Origin: Eledone cirrhosa
Lineage: Eukaryota
DNA: 64,000 bases
NCBI GenBank assembly: GCA_964016885.1
Contig: OZ024742.1
Span: forward strand, 375,720,001-375,784,000
Reading direction: 5' to 3'
A model generated the notes under the pieces. It did not search any database. It had not been told where the DNA came from and worked only from the letters and a program-made list of their open reading frames with translations. A program made the translations under genes and the position numbers. Below, one piece after another: positions 63,211 through 64,000 of this stretch. Within the stretch, counting starts at the first letter, position 1. Every line of letters starts with the position of its first letter.

Positions 63211-64000
63211 GCAGGGAGATATGGAAGGTCTCCTGTCTATCTAGACACTCACTAGAGAGCAGGGAGGTATGGAAGTTCTCCTGTCTATCTAGACACTCAG
63301 TAGAGAGCAGGAAGTTCTCCTGTCTATCTAGACACTCAGTAGAGAGCAGGGAGGTATGGAAGGTCTCCCGACTATCTACACACCCAGTAGAGAGTAGGGA
63401 GGTCTCCTGTCTATCTAGACACTCACTAGATAGCAGGGAGGTATGGAAGGTCTCCTGTCTATCTAGACACTCAGAAGAGAGCAGAGAGGTATGGAAGGTC
63501 TCCTGTCTATCTAGACACTCAGGAGAGAGTAGGGAGATATGGAAGGTCTCCTGTCTATCTAGACACTCAGTAGAGAGCAGGGAGGTACGGAATGTCTCCT
63601 GTCTACCTAGACACTCAGTAGAGAGCAGGGAGGTATGGAAGGTCTCCTGTCTATCTAGACACTCAGCAGAGAGCAGGGAGGTATGGAAGGTCTCCTGTCT
63701 ATCTAGACACTCAGCAGAGAGCAGGGAGGTACGGAATGTCTCCTGTCTATCTAGACACTCAGGACAGAGTAGGGAGATATGGAATGTCTCCTGTCTACCT
63801 AGACACTCAGTAGAGAGCAGGGAGGTACGGAATGTCTCCTGTCTACCTAGACACTCAGTAGAGAGCAGGGAGGTATGGAAGGTCTCCTGTCTATCTAGAC
63901 ACTCAGCAGAGAGCAGGGAGGTATGGAAGGTCTCCTGTCTATGTAGACACTCAGTAGAAAGCAGGGAGGTACGGAATGTCTCCTGTCTATCTAGAGACTC

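Larger units (their letters stand above)
1..64000. repeat. 48-bp tandem repeat array (satellite/very long minisatellite), about 1,350 head-to-tail monomers, both ends outside the window
   Basis: Read directly: GGAGGTATGGAAGGTCTCCTGTCTATCTAGACACTCACTAGAGAGCAG or a close variant (a few substitutions or small indels) recurs from base 1 to 64000 with no intervening unique DNA. The ORF track shows the matching 16-aa periodicity on both strands. Copy number is estimated from length, not counted. Confidence 0.99.

Noticed and set aside
1-64000. CRISPR array (regular repeats with a dyad)
   Set aside because: There are no unique spacers: the whole 48 bp is repeated. No leader or cas genes are present in the window.
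1-64000. Synthetic construct or sequencing concatemer (BsaI and XbaI site in every unit; rolling-circle artefact)
   Set aside because: Variants are linked and inherited hierarchically through nested duplications, which fits natural array evolution and not random read errors or designed DNA.
1-64000. Embedded transposon, tRNA/SINE, rDNA, telomeric repeat or inversion
   Set aside because: Reading through the window I found no non-monomer sequence, no reverse-orientation monomers and no telomere-type motifs.

Overview
The whole 64-kb window is one uninterrupted head-to-tail tandem array of a 48-bp monomer, consensus GGAGGTATGGAAGGTCTCCTGTCTATCTAGACACTCACTAGAGAGCAG (50% GC, no CpG). By length this is about 1,350 copies, all in the same orientation, and the array runs off both ends of the window. 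I see no unique sequence, gene, RNA gene, transposon, CRISPR spacer or inversion. Every ORF in the track is a by-product of the repeat: 48 is divisible by 3, and one plus frame (SREVWKVSCLSRHSLE)n and one minus frame (SSECLDRQETFHTSLL)n have no stop in the consensus. The information lies in the monomer variants. (i) There are recurrent length variants of 39, 46, 47 and 49 bp. (ii) An irregular ~3.6-4.6 kb higher-order pattern of variant monomers runs through the left ~38 kb. (iii) The right part uses a different variant set. (iv) There are near-identical multi-kb duplications with offsets of 4480, 3644, 4259, ~3510, 2655 and ~6.3-6.6 kb, and one dispersed copy ~15.2-15.6 kb away. The monomer has a quasi-palindrome (TGTCTA-TC-TAGACA) and a four-GG-tract motif. 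The best description is satellite or very long minisatellite DNA, probably eukaryotic (inference). I cannot name the family or organism, and the sequence alone does not support a new biological system.
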